From assembly GCA_039621445.1 (NCBI GenBank), contig CP154954.1:3539715-3603714 (forward strand): 64,000 bases of DNA, read 5' to 3'. Below, one piece after another: positions 12,401 through 23,320 of this stretch. Source of the DNA: Euglena gracilis (Eukaryota). Every line of letters begins with the position of its first letter. Position 1 is the stretch's first letter. Made by a program: the position numbers and the translations under genes. The notes under the pieces are model-generated. The model saw only the letters and a program-made list of their open reading frames with translations. It had not been told where the DNA came from and searched no databases.

Positions 12401-15400
12401 TCTCCGCACAGGCAAGAATGGATATTGGTTATCGGCCCATATCGGGTTTTTATCGAAAATCTCGAATTTATCGGGTCCCTGAAAAATATCGTAAAATATC
12501 GGCTTTATCGGGGGGGGGGGGGCAAAAAAACCCTGCTATTTACCTTGTCAACGGATGTTTTTGAAAGGCAAATTCCTAATTTAATTCCTATTTTAGTGTG
12601 CCTATGCTTAATTTTGAGAAGCAAATTCCTAATTCCATGTGTAAATTTCTAATTTTGAGTTGCAAATGGCTCATTTTGGATGTAAAATACGAAAATTTGA
12701 GTGGCGACCCTAATTTGGTGTGCAAATGCCTAATTTTCAGCGGCGATTTCCTAATTATTGAAAAACTTCATAATTTTGAGGGGCAAATGCCAAATTTGTG
12801 GGGCAATGGCCAAATTTGGGTTGGAAAATTCCTAATTTTGAGTGTCAAATCCTATTTCGGGTTGAAAATATCCAATTTTGGGTGTCATGAGTGACAAATG
12901 CGTATTTCGGGTGAAAATTGCTCAATTTCAGCAGCTAATGCCAACTTTGGTTTGCAAATGCTTTAACCCCCCCGAATAGGGCCCCCCCCCAAAATAGAAG
13001 CCCCCCCCTCGGTTTTCGAGCAGTTTTCCAAATAGTGCCCCCCCCCCCGAATGGAAGCCTCTCAGTTGGGACGGCAAGGCAGGGGTTGAAGGCTGCAGCC
13101 ATTGCTGCTTTGAACCTCAACAGTCCTTTGGCTTCTTCAGCCATTGGTTCAATGAGGGTTGGGTTTGTTTACGTTTAGGGGCGACAGATTTGACATGGCT
13201 GGAAAAGGACATATGGACCCACGAAGAAACTTGTTGGATAGTGCTCAGACCCCTTGGTTTCAGACCACGTTTCCCCGAATAGTGCCCCCCCCCCCCAAAT
13301 AGAAGCCCCCCCCTCGGTTTTCGACCAGTTTTCCGAATAGTAGCCCCCGGGGGCTTCTATTCGGGGGGGGGGGGTATATTGGGCACCAAATTTTAACATT
13401 CACTTTAAATTATCTTTCAAATTCTGCAATAGGGGATGCTTTGGGCAATTTTGGTCACTTGAAAACTATTTCACACAAAGTTTGAGCCTTTTTTGCCCAT
13501 TATTATCCATATCTGAGGTAAATTTTGCCAGTTCTTTGGAAATGGGACACCAGTTGTGCAATTTTTGGTCATTTGAAAACTTTTTAAATGAAAATCCTTC
13601 ACAATGACCATAGAAGGACCCAAAATAGGCCAAAATGGTCAGAATTAGTAAAAAAAAAAGGCAAAATTGTGTTCATTTGGGTACTTTTTTCAACTCCATA
13701 TCGAATTTATCGGATTTATTGAGCATATTGGAGGGGATCAATATATCGGGTTTTATCGGGACCCCTCCAAACCCAATAGCAATATCCATCCTTGGCACAG
13801 GCCAACAAGCACAAAGATTGAAGACAGGTCTTGTTGGGGATGGGCTAGCATGTGCAGGCCCAGAGGACAGTATCTGGGGTAAATCAGAAAGAACTGCCTA
13901 AAAATGGATACCAAATATTCAATTCCACATTGCATGAAGTTAAGAAAAAAAAGCAACAAAAATGGCCCAGTGTCCCATTCGAAAATTCTGTTTTTTCCTA
14001 AAAAAAAGTTGTTGAATTTTTCATCTGCTCTGCTGTGAACTGTCGAGCAACGTCACACCCCGAAATGGAGAGGGGGCACACCTCTGCCGCATTGGCGAAG
14101 TCCAAGGCCTCCCCTGCCTCCTTCAGCGGTGTGCCGGACACAAAATGGAGGTCCTCACATTCGGCAGCAGGAAGGGGGAGCTCGGCAAGGGGAAGTGCAA
14201 CCGGGGGCGGGTAGCCATGAACTCAGATTTTGGAAATACGGAATTTCTTGGTGAAAAAGCCGAAAAAAAACGGCAAAAAATTGATAAAAAATTTGGTCTC
14301 AGAAAAAAATCTGGTCCAGAATGTGGAGTTCTTCTAAATCAAAATCATTTCCCAGCAGAAATTGGGGGAAAACCTAAGGCCCAGAAATTGCCAATTTTGT
14401 CAAATTTTGTAAAATTTGCAAAATTTTGGCAACTTAGCAATTAAGTAACAAAAAAAGCACCTGGGTTCCCTTGCGAAATGTTCGAGGACTGGCCAAAAGT
14501 CATCTTGCCTTCCGTTCCAGGTTCATACGAAAAAAATGCGTAAAGAAAAAAAAATTCCGAAAAATTGCGGAAATTGCGGAAAAATTGGGGAAAATTGGAA
14601 AAAATTGTGGAAATTGCAGATAATTGCGGAAATTGCGGAAAAATTGCAGATATCAATTTCCCCCCTTGATTTTAGCTGGGTGGAAATTTTTCAGTGGAAA
14701 TTTCTGGTGGAGACCTCCAAAACTCCTCAGAAAAACCTTTTTTGGCTATTCTTGACCCCAAGCCTGACTTTGCCGGGCTGGCCCCCAAAGGGGCTGGGCT
14801 CCCCCCATCCGGGGGGGGGGGGGTGCAGCCTCCTCCTCGGCAGCCTGGCTGGGAGACGGCTGGCTGGGAGAAAGTTGTTGACTGGCTGACCCCCCGGGAG
14901 TGGGTTCCACTTCGGCTGATAACTGGATCCCATGTGGGGTGGCGTCCTGTCAGAGTTCATGGGCTGCACCCACCCCCCACCCCCAACCTGGTGGGTGGGG
15001 GGTCCGACCCCCCCCCACCAGGCCCTTGTTGTATTTCTATATTTCCGAGGTATTTCCGATTTTTTGGTCAAAGTTTTACTTCAGAGCCAAAGGTTTTTTT
15101 TCTTTTCACGGTGAGGTGGTGGGTGGGGTGGTCCTGCGGAAAGGAGGGGAGGTCCCTGGACTTTGGCAGGAGATGCTTGGGTGTTTAGTTGTATTTCAGG
15201 ATTTCCATTAAAATCAGGGGCAGGATTACAATTTGGGTTTGTTCGGGGAGGGTGGGGGTGAGGTTGGGTCAGGCAGTTGAATACCCTCCCAAATTCCTCT
15301 TGTGCTCACCCCCCAGCCCCAGACGTTCTGCCGGCTCATGGGCTATGGTGATGGTGGGTCACATTCCACCCACCGGGTTTCAGGATTCCCATACAGCCCT

Positions 15401-16888
15401 GCCTTTCCAAACACCCGCACCGGGCGGTGCGGCGGGGCGGCGGGGGGCGCCACCGCTGCCACCGCCCGGTGGTGGGCGGAAGCCACGGCACTGCCGCCAG
15501 GTCCCCCGGGTGGCTGCAGTCCACCAAATACCGGGGGCGTACCCAGGTGGAGGAGGGGGGGGGCATCCCCCCCCCCGGGTCCAAATTGTTGTAACCCCTG
15601 AGAGTCGGTCCACAAAAACACGGCCTCGACATTCTGGGGTGGTTTAACGTCCGGCCAAGAATTGGGGGGGGGGGGGGGGAGACCCCCGACCCTGGTCGGG
15701 GCAGTGGGAGTACAGGATCTCGGAGCGCAGCGCGCCGCACGCAACGCCGATGTGGATCTGCAGCGTCTGGTTCGTGCCGGGGATCGGGGAGTGGCCGCAG
15801 TTCTCCTGCAACCACTGCGCACATGCCACCGCGTGCCGCACCGACTCCGCCAGCCGGCTGTTGGCCCACACCGTCACGATGGCGCCGGCAGGGCGGGGGG
15901 AGGGCAGGCGGCGTGTGTGCGTGTGCATGTGTGTGTGTGTGTGTGTATGTGTGTGTGTGTGTGTGTGTTGTGTGTGTATTGTATGTGTGTGCGTGCGTGC
16001 ATGCGCACGGGCATATGTGCGCGCACGCTTGTGTGTGTCTGTGTTTGCGTGCATGCGTGCGTGCGTGCGTGCGCGCGCGCGTGTGTGTGTGTTGTGTATG
16101 CATTGGACGAGGAGAAAGGAAAACACGCCTTGGGCGTTGGCATTTCAATGCATGGGAAAAAAAATGCAGCAAACCATCCCACAAAAGAAAGCCTGCTGTG
16201 GAAAATTTAATGGAACTTTGAAGAAAGTTCCAGGTTCAGGTCCTCCTGCCACTGTAGTCTGATGTAAACCAAAAGGTCCCCCCGGCCCGCAGTAGCAGTG
16301 GTGTTGCCAGCCTGCCAAATAAAGGAGAGTGATCGGTAAAAAAGAAACCGCAGACTCCGACTCCTGTTTCTTTGGAAGCACAAAGCCAAAGAATAACAAG
16401 ACCACTACCTGGTCTGTGACGTCATCAAATGGCTCAAGAGCCCACCATTCGATGCCGGTGGAGGACCCTCCCCTTTGGGGGCCACCCACCTGGGGGCCAC
16501 CCCCTGCCCTGGGCGTCCCCGGCGAACTTGATAACGTCGCCGCCGGCGGCCTGGATGTGGTCGATCATCGGGGAGAGGCAGCCATTGATGCAGCGGTTCA
16601 GGATGTGCGGCCGGAGATGGGCGAGCGCCGCAGTGGTGTGGCGAGCGCGCCGTGTGAGGCGGGGCGAAGTAGGGAGGGGAGTACTGGCAGATGTCGAGCA
16701 TCAGCACCGCAGAGTCGGGCGGCAGGTGGGGGGGGGGGGAGCAACTTCTGAGGGGAATACAATGTGCATTGGACACGGAGCTGGGGGACCAACGAGCTGG
16801 GGGGAGCACAAGCATTTTCAGTTTATCCACACGCGTTTGTATGTTTTGGGGTGGTAAATTCTTTAAATATATAAAATATATTATAAAA

Positions 16889-16928
<40 letters not shown>

Positions 16929-18772
16929 CGATGACGACGACAACGACGACGATGATAATTAAATACTAATAACTAATAATTTAATAATACTTCATAATAA
17001 TTAGCAATAATTAATACTAATTACCTCCCCCCCTTGTCCAACGACCGCTAATATTTGTCTCTGACCGGGGGGGGGGGGCGGTCGTTAAAATGGCCAATGT
17101 TCGCCTCTGACCAGGGGGGAGGGGGTCGTTAGACAAGGGGGGGGGGAATTTCCGGCGCGTCTCGCTGGAAATTTTTGGCGCTTCGCGCCTGGCAATAGCC
17201 AATCTCATGCACTGGCTCCCAACCCAGCAAAATGACCACAAAAAGCCCAAAATTGACCACAAAAAGCCCCAAAAAGCAACCAAAATAACCTAAAATGGCT
17301 TCAAATAACCTAAAATTGTCTTAAAATGCCAGCAATGTCCACAAAAAAATTTGAAAAATAACCCAAAATCACCAAAATGGCGCAAAATGGCCAAAAATGC
17401 CAAAGATGTGCTCATAATGACTGAAATTGGCTCAATATTTGCCAAATCAGTGCAAATTGATCCAAAATTGATCCAAATTGATCCAAGGCGGGTGTGGTAC
17501 TGGAGATTTGTGGAGAAATTATCCCAAAAATGGGTTTAATCCTTCAAAATATACAAAAAAAATGCCAGCATCGCCCTTGTCAACAAAATTTTCTGAAATG
17601 TCATCAAAACCTTCAGCTTTGGCCCAAATAACCCATTAGGAGGTGGTTCTTTGAGCAGCATGTGTTGCAGGGCCAGGCATAATGGCAGGAGAAGAGAGGC
17701 TGTACAGAGACAAGAATCAGTCGCACTGGAATTTGCCCCCCAGGGAAAAAGAAAATGTTAAGCAAAAAAACTCGAAAAATAATTGCAACAAATTTTTTCT
17801 CATTTTCGGCTATTTTCGGCCATTTTCGGCCATTTTTACTATAGGCGCTTAACCATCACCGTACCGGCAGGGGCCCACAACGATGCCTTCTTCAAGGTCA
17901 CCATTTGAGCGACGATAGAGAACACAACAACCCATTGGGTAGTGGTTCATCACAGAAGTCGGAGAAGCTGCAAAGGACAAAATCAAAAGCAAGAACATTA
18001 TCAAGTCTCATTTCCCCAAGATCGTATACGAAAAGATCGTCTCTGACCGGGGGGGGGGTCGTTGGGCAAGCCCGGTCGTTGGACAAGGGGGAGGGGAGGT
18101 GATAATAATTCATGCTAATCAATACCACTTGATAACGATTAATAACAATTAAAAAAAATTAATAACAATTAATAACAATTAATAACAATCTAATAATAAT
18201 CAATAACAGTTAATAACAGTTGATAGCAATTAACAACAGCTAATGACAGTTAATAACAGTTTAAAAAAAAAACAGTTAATAACAAATAATAACAAATAAT
18301 ACGAATTAATAATAATCAATAATAATTAATAAGAATTAATAATAATTAATAATTTTTAATAATTATCAACAATAATTAATAATTTTATAATAATTCAATA
18401 ATAATTAATGATAATTAATAATAATTATCATTAATAATTCAAAGTAATAAATAGTAATAAGTAATAATACGTAATAATAAGTAATAATAATGATTTATAA
18501 TAATGATTAATAATGATTATTATGATGATGATTAAAAATAATTAATAACAATTAATAACAGTTAAAAACAGTTAATAACAGCTAATAACAGTTAATAACA
18601 ATTAATAACTGTTAATAACTGTTAATAACTGTTGATAAGAATTAATAACAATTAATAATTAATAATAATAATAATAATTAATAACAATTAATAATAATAA
18701 ATAATAATAATAATTAATAATAATAACAATAATAATAAAAATAAGAAGAAGAACGACAATGACAATGACATC

Positions 18773-18810
<38 letters not shown>

Positions 18811-18916
18811 CGACAACGACAACAACAACAAGAATAAGAATAAGAATAAGAGTAAGAATAAGAGTAAGAATAAGAATAACAACAACAACGACGACGACGA
18901 CGACGACGACGACGGC

Positions 18917-18956
<40 letters not shown>

Positions 18957-20147
18957 TAAACCCCCCCAAATAACACCCCCCCAAAAAACACCCCCCCCCT
19001 CGGGGGCCGATTTCGAGCGCTCAAATAACACCCCCCCCCCCGTTTTCCTTTGGTTTCCATGTAAAAATAACACCCCCCCAAATAAAACACACCCCCTTGG
19101 GGCCCCAGTTCGGGTGCCCAAATAACACACCGGGGGGGGTGTTATTTGGGGGGGGGGGGGTTATTTATATTGAATGATTTTAAAAGAGAAATGATTCCCC
19201 CTCCCCAGGACGTGATGCCACCTAGAAAATCAGCTGGTGCAAGCCTTCGTGACAACTTCCCGGGGGCGGGGGAGGGGGGGGGGGTGGAGGAGAATTTCCA
19301 GAATGGCAAGTCCGTCGGCACGGCCCGAGGTGACAACTTCCCCGGTGCGTGACAACCTCCAAAGGCGACAACATCCCGGGGGAGGGATGGCAAATGATGC
19401 CGGCCAGACTGGCACAGGAAATGCCCCGGACGGGCTGTTGAGACCCCCCCCCTGGCTGATGGTACCCGGGCAGTGTGGCTTAGTGGAGTACTGCCTCAGA
19501 CACAGGCTGCTGACGAGGGGCAGCGCGTTGGAGTAGTACGTGGGGGCAGGACCCGGCAGCGACCGCCTCCACTGGGGGGAGGGACATCACTCTTCTGCCG
19601 TCCTCAGGCTCTGAAGTTCCATATTTCTGGGCTGTTTATTCTTTATTATGAGTTTTTTCCTTTTTTTTTTCGCAACGTGCTGGGCTGGTGGATCCTTTTA
19701 CTCCTCCCTCCACCCTTTGGCCCCCCTCCTCCAGTGCAACGTACGGGGACTGTGGTCCAACTTACAAAAACTGACAAAAAATTCAATATACGTTGTTGAA
19801 AAAACACAAACCATGTGGGCTTTTTAAAAAAAACAAATTGGATTATGCAAAAAATATGCAACTCCATTCCACACCCCCTGTGGGGGAGGGAAAATCACAA
19901 CGGAACACAACCCCCCAGGCACCCGAAAAGCAAAATGTGTCCCCACCAGCCCAGCCCCCCTTGGGGGGCCAGCCAGGCCCGGGCCGGGGACGTAATGGGT
20001 GGACCCGGAGGCCTGGTCCAGCAGCCCTCGCAGCACGGCCTCCGGCGTGATGCCCGGGTTCGCCTTCAGCTTGGACGCCGCCTTGTTGAGCAGCTTCTGG
20101 AGGGCCCGCTGCCGGGGGTCCTTGGCGCCACACCCGCGGCCGGAGCT
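435..20147 (-). CDS. Multi-exon gene (partial) for a soluble adenylyl cyclase (ADCY10/sAC)-like protein: C1 and C2 class III cyclase domains followed by a P-loop NTPase domain
   Basis: The GC-rich exons splice in frame and give sAC motifs in the expected order: AVLMLDICQYS, GGDVIKFAGDAIVTVW, LQIHIGVACG, HFVSG..AEVCLT, RMLTVLF, VIDDDKG, TVGVAHGMVFCGLMG..RWDITG..ACRLMQ, LSLKG, LITGPRGSGK. Introns are 3 GT-AG and about 9-11 non-conventional. The 5' and 3' ends are not resolved. Confidence 0.9.
1092..1264 (+). repeat. Dispersed GGGGTGTTATTT-rich repeat with an inverted copy at ~18957-19150
   Basis: The core GTGTGTTATTTGGGCACCCGAACTGGGGCCCC is shared in opposite orientations. Confidence 0.8.
1322..1484 (-). 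CDS. Cyclase gene exon, end of C2 and linker (ELPQRLSLKGTSEPVPGF..LLDRGPG)
   Basis: tag| acceptor and the LKG motif typical of cyclase C-termini. Donor gcgCAGGCCCC; an alternative donor in the same phase lies at 1330. Confidence 0.82.
1721..1968. repeat. (GTGCT)n microsatellite
   Basis: Directly visible pentamer array. Confidence 0.97.
4636..4816 (-). CDS. Cyclase gene exon, C2 catalytic region (VAHGMVFCGLMGNGAASRWDITGFACVRACRLMQ..PTVLE)
   Basis: Class III cyclase signature. GT donor at 4635. Confidence 0.92.
5098..5353. mobile_element. hAT-type MITE, family A (CAGG..CCTG ends); truncated relative at ~680-925
   Basis: Ends CAGGGGTTTTTT / AAAAAAACACCTG. Flanks GTCTCGCC / GTCCCTCC give a 6/8 TSD. 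Internally similar to 7917-8373. Confidence 0.75.
5480..5520 (-). CDS. Cyclase gene exon, C2 (SVMVARELRGCTV-G)
   Basis: 41 nt. Donor gacCAGGCCTC pairs over 8 bp with GAGGCCTG at the 4817 acceptor and restores TVGVAHG. Confidence 0.85.
6187..6264 (-). CDS. Cyclase gene exon, C2 (VIDDDKGIHMVAAFNLYQTCEDSGDR)
   Basis: DKG substrate-specificity motif. cag| acceptor. Donor accCAGGCA pairs with TGCCTG at the 5521 acceptor. Confidence 0.9.
7917..8373. mobile_element. hAT-type MITE, family A, with perfect 8-bp TSD
   Basis: Imperfect TIRs CAGGGTTCTTTT / AAAAAAACCCCTG. TSD GCCAAAAG at 7909-7916 and 8374-8381. Confidence 0.9.
9194..9331 (-). CDS. Cyclase gene exon, start of C2 (GRDLRSMEANRMLTVLFIYCD..HCAILQ)
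   Basis: 138 nt. The R-x-LTVLF motif compares with sAC ELRPVTIVF. GT donor at 9193. Confidence 0.88.
9918..9970 (-). CDS. Cyclase gene exon, C1-C2 linker (HLVSGFVSPTILSWLQQ)
   Basis: 53 nt and phase-compatible on both sides. Donor ggcCGG pairs with CCG-tagcc|G. Confidence 0.8.
10196..10331 (-). CDS. Cyclase gene exon (VCLTAACAALCPG..LEKP)
   Basis: cag| acceptor. Donor ggcCAGGGGC pairs over 7 bp with GCCCCTG at the 9971 acceptor, and the phase matches. Confidence 0.8.
11022..11344. mobile_element. hAT-type MITE, family B, with perfect 8-bp TSD
   Basis: TIR CATACCATT[A/G]CTTA. TSD GCCCAGAG at 11014-11021 and 11345-11352. Confidence 0.9.
12413..13794. mobile_element. Non-autonomous hAT-type element containing a nested TA-flanked MITE (~12966-13375)
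   Basis: TIR CAAGAATGGATATTG / CAATATCCATCCTTG (14/15). Flanks GCACAGG(C). The nested element has ACCCCCCCGAATAG / CTATTCGGGG..GT ends. Confidence 0.8.
14082..14162 (-). CDS. Cyclase gene exon, end of C1 (ECEDLHFVSGTPLKEAGEALDFANAAE)
   Basis: 81 nt. Acceptor CTG-ctgcc|G and GT donor at 14081. Aligns with the sAC segment HFLVIG..AQ..DV. Confidence 0.8.
15421..15492 (-). CDS. Possible 72-nt cassette exon (SAVASAHHRAVAAVAPPAAPPHRP)
   Basis: GC-rich and phase 0 at both ends. Acceptor CTG-gcggc|A and donor gtgCGG (both GT and N3-CDG). The domain alignment does not require it. Confidence 0.4.
15698..15883 (-). CDS. Cyclase gene exon, C1 (AIVTVW..LQIHIGVACGALRSEILYSHCP)
   Basis: 186 nt, in frame. 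Acceptor CTG-ccggc|G and donor gacCAGGG. Confidence 0.9.
15913..16100. repeat. (GT)n/(GTGC)n microsatellite; similar (CA)n tract at 8966-9045
   Basis: Directly visible. Confidence 0.92.
16515..16606 (-). CDS. Cyclase gene exon, C1 (ILNRCINGCLSPMIDHIQAAGGDVIKFAGD)
   Basis: GGDVIKFAGD signature. Donor gccCAGGGC pairs with GCCCTG at the 15884 acceptor. The 5' boundary is uncertain. Confidence 0.9.
16656..16716 (-). CDS. Cyclase gene exon, start of C1 (DSAVLMLDICQYS..)
   Basis: Matches the first metal-binding Asp motif (compare VLMFVDISGFT). Acceptor CTG-N6|G. The 3' boundary is uncertain (see finding at 16600-16680). Confidence 0.75.
17019..18103. mobile_element. TIR element flanked by AT-rich simple repeats
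   Basis: Inverted ends ACCTCCCCCCTTGTCCAACGACC / GGTCGTTGGACAAGGGGGAGGGGAGGT. Confidence 0.7.
18130..18956. repeat. Compound microsatellite (AAT / TTAATAACA / AAC / AAGAAT / GAC)
   Basis: Directly visible. (GAT)n also occurs at 16889-16955 and a TA-rich tract at ~6410-6640. Confidence 0.95.
19458..19541 (-). CDS. Cyclase gene exon (TYYSNALPLVSSLCLRQYSTKPHCPGTI)
   Basis: Acceptor cCTG-ccccc|A and donor agcCAGGG. It is 84 nt with only one open frame. Confidence 0.65.
20019..20147 (-). CDS. Cyclase gene exon, N-terminal region (..AKDPRQRALQKLLNKAASKLKANPGITPEAVLRGLL)
   Basis: Strong GC3 codon bias and donor gacCAGG at 20018. The start is uncertain (20135-20147) and there is no domain motif. 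Confidence 0.65.
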
Positions 20148-23100
20148 GACAACGGGGGGGGGGGGTGAAACAGGGTGGAAAGGAGTGGAAGCGAAACAAC
20201 AACAAAAAAACGGAGGCAGAGTTTACAGGTTTCCAGAAATAAATAAATGTTAAAAAAAAGTGATCCAGATAGCGCAGGTGAGCTAGGGGGGTGGCCAGAC
20301 ACACCCTAAGTAATGGACAATCCTGACCCTCCAGGCCCCTTCGTGTTAGCACGCTTGGTGCTCCACATCGAACTTTTGGCGAGATGTCACTAGTGGCAAC
20401 AATCTTCAGAAACCGACACTTGTTTATGAAATGGCAGTTTTCTTCATTGTTGTTGCCCTCAGCAAAAATAGTCAAGAAAGTTGGCCTCTTGTCTCCGGCT
20501 CAACCCTCAGGCTGGCGGAGGTACAGCCGCGGCATGGACGGGGCTGCCGCAGAAGACCTGCGACGACGGGGTCAGGGATCCGTTGGCCGGTTGATTGGGC
20601 AACCTTGGTCGGTGAGCACACCCTCCCCGCCGGGAAGCCACCTCCAACCAACTGGATTGGGCCTCAGGGGCAGCCTCTCCCCATCCTTGAGTTGTGGTCC
20701 AAAAATATATCCAATTAGGAATTTATCACACATTTTTGGCAAAAATTGAATCCTAATTTCGGTGCCAATTCCTGATTAGGTTGTCTTTTTTAACCATTTT
20801 TGGCTCCTACCGAGGGGGGGGGATTTTCGTGCCAGAGAAATTTTGCGGCGACAAATTTCGCGGACGACAAATTTCGCGGGATTCCTTAAAAATTTCGCGG
20901 GATTTTTTTCTGTGAAGCAAAAAAGGGAAGCCTTGTGCACCTGAAAGAGAACACGTGGACAAAAATTTCGCGGGATTCCTTAAAAATGTCTGGAAATATT
21001 TCGCGGGATTTGCTTCGGTGCCAAATTTGATTAGGTTGCAAATTTTTTTCTAGGACAAAATTCCCCCCCCGGTACTGGGATCTGGAAACCCTCCATATGT
21101 GGGTCGTAGGGGGGTTGCGGGGTCGCAGGGGGACCCCTTTGGACAGAGCGAATGGGGGCTTAAACAGAGCAAAGGCCCCGTGCTGGTTCATCATTCAAAC
21201 CCGAAGCCTGCAAATTCCCCTGGAAAATGGACCCCTTCAGGTTTCTTGATCGGGTCAACCCAACTAACAATCCACCTGCCTCCCGAAAATTTGCCTCAGA
21301 TTTCTTTCAGCCTACCCCCCCCCCCTCTTATTGACCCGGGTCAGCTTGGGACCAACAGGGCAGGGGTCAACTTTGGGCCCAAAAGCCTGGGGTCAATAAC
21401 CAGGGGGGGCAGTAACACAGGGGGCAGGGTATGGTCTTCAACCAACCTTCATCCACCCACTCTCGAAAACCCACCCTCCCGCCTCACTCTGCCCTACCTG
21501 GGGGCCCTTGGGGGTGTGGTTCACAGGCTTCCTTAAACTCTTTCTCGGGGGGGGGGGGGGAGACTGCCTTGTGCTGTGGGAGGCCTGCCAATACTCGATT
21601 TGGCATCCCGGTGCATGCCGACCAAAATTCCCTGAAACGGCCATTTTCGCCCCGGGTGGGGGGGTTCCAACAGGGTCGAAGATGCCTTGGCCCTCTGCCT
21701 GCCCATCCCTGGATAAATAGATAAGCCCTTAAAAAGAAGCCTGCTGCGTTAAGTGAACCATGTGAATCCATGTTCAGGTCACCCCCAACACAGGAATTTT
21801 GGGGACCATTTGCAACAGGTTTGGGGTGAGCAATGGGTTGGTAAGAGGACCATTTTTCCAGAGGGAGAAGGCAGTTCTTGTGCAAGGCTGACATACAAGA
21901 ATTTCTTGTGGAAAGTTCACATGGGAGGTCCCGCAGTCACCCCCCCAGGACATGAATCAAGGCAAAACTTGAAGCTGGGCAAACATAGGTTAACGTGCGG
22001 GGGGGGGGGGGCTGGATTGCCAAACTCACACTCTCAACTTGCTGGAAATGCAGCACATTTTGGAAAACACTCAAACGTTTGGTGGTGAGATTTCTCACAG
22101 GACACCACGTCTCACATTTCACACTATACACCACTTGGGGAATCCAACACTGAGTGCGGAGGACACCGGGCTGGGGACCATCACGGGGTCGTAGTCCGAC
22201 AGGGGGCTGGCGGTGAGCTCTACAATTGGAGGGGAGGCTGAGGCCCGGCGAGTGGGACCGGTGAGGGGGCGCTGCCCTTTTTGACGGCATGGCCCGCAAT
22301 GCGATTTGGTCTGGGGGGTTGTCGTTATTGGAAATCATTATTGGTGAATAAAAAAGAATTAGCACCTTGCCGAGAAAATCAGCAAACCAAAAGCGAATGG
22401 AGCGGGAGGGTACGAAATGAAAACAAACAGGCTCATTTCTGGGAAAGGAGGTGAAACAAAAGAACAAGGAACTGAACAATGTGTGCCTCATTTGCCAATG
22501 CCATCTGCCAACTTTTTGAGGACTGCATTGAGGAACTTCACTTAAAGGCAGGAAAATTTGGGGAATTTGGGCTGGTGCAGCTGGAAAAAGGCCACTGGCG
22601 AACCTCCCGCACACACTTCCGACCCCCCCCCCCCGAAGGTGCTCCTGGGATGGAATTGTATCCGGTGCAAAAAAAAACCGCAAACCTGATGCTAAAATAA
22701 ACAGCAAAACAGCAAGGCCGCCAAAAAACTAAAACATCAAGAACAGTGAAACCGTGTATTGGGGCTCTGGCTTCACGCCCAAGCCGGCGTTCAGGACGCT
22801 GGTTCGGCGCAGAAATTTCTGCGCCGAACCGGTGTCCAATTCGCCGTTTCGGGCGGAAAGTCAGCCTCTGGGGGTCCCAAAATGAAAGTGCCAAAAAAGC
22901 GTCCAAAATGGTCAGTAGACATGTGGCAATCATACCTGAGCAGTTTTTGGGGGGTATTTGACCAGAAATTGGGGTATTTTGTGCAATAATTTCCATTTGG
23001 CCAAATTTGGCGAATTTCTGAAATAGAATACCATGCAGCACGGCTGAAATCTAAGGCCATCTGCGGAAAGCCCTTGAGAAGAGCTGTCGATCAAGGGGCC

Positions 23101-23207
23101 AGGGTTGTTTGGGGAACCAATCTTCGGTTAATCGACCCCCCCCCTCGGTTAATCGATCGACCAAGGCCCAATCGGTTAATGTAAATCCCCCGCCCCCGTC
23201 GGGGCCC

Positions 23208-23320
23208 GAGGTTCATCCGAACAAAGAGCAGAGCATGTACAGACTGCTCTGACAGCCGGTTTCGCAAATCACTGTGCAAGAGCTTGAGATGCCTGCTTAT
23301 GGGAAAACAACGTACCCCCT
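23208..23320 (-). pseudogene. hAT transposase C-terminal dimerisation-domain remnant
   Basis: Translates RCFPISRHLKLLHSDLRNRLSEQSVHALLFVRMNL, matching the hATC pattern H..RNRL....V..L+F+..NL. Confidence 0.7.

Noticed and set aside
488-20018. Intact 8-bp TSDs at the gene's non-conventional intron borders
   Set aside because: The seven established introns checked match only 2-5 of 8 nt, so these introns do not by themselves prove the MITE-origin idea.
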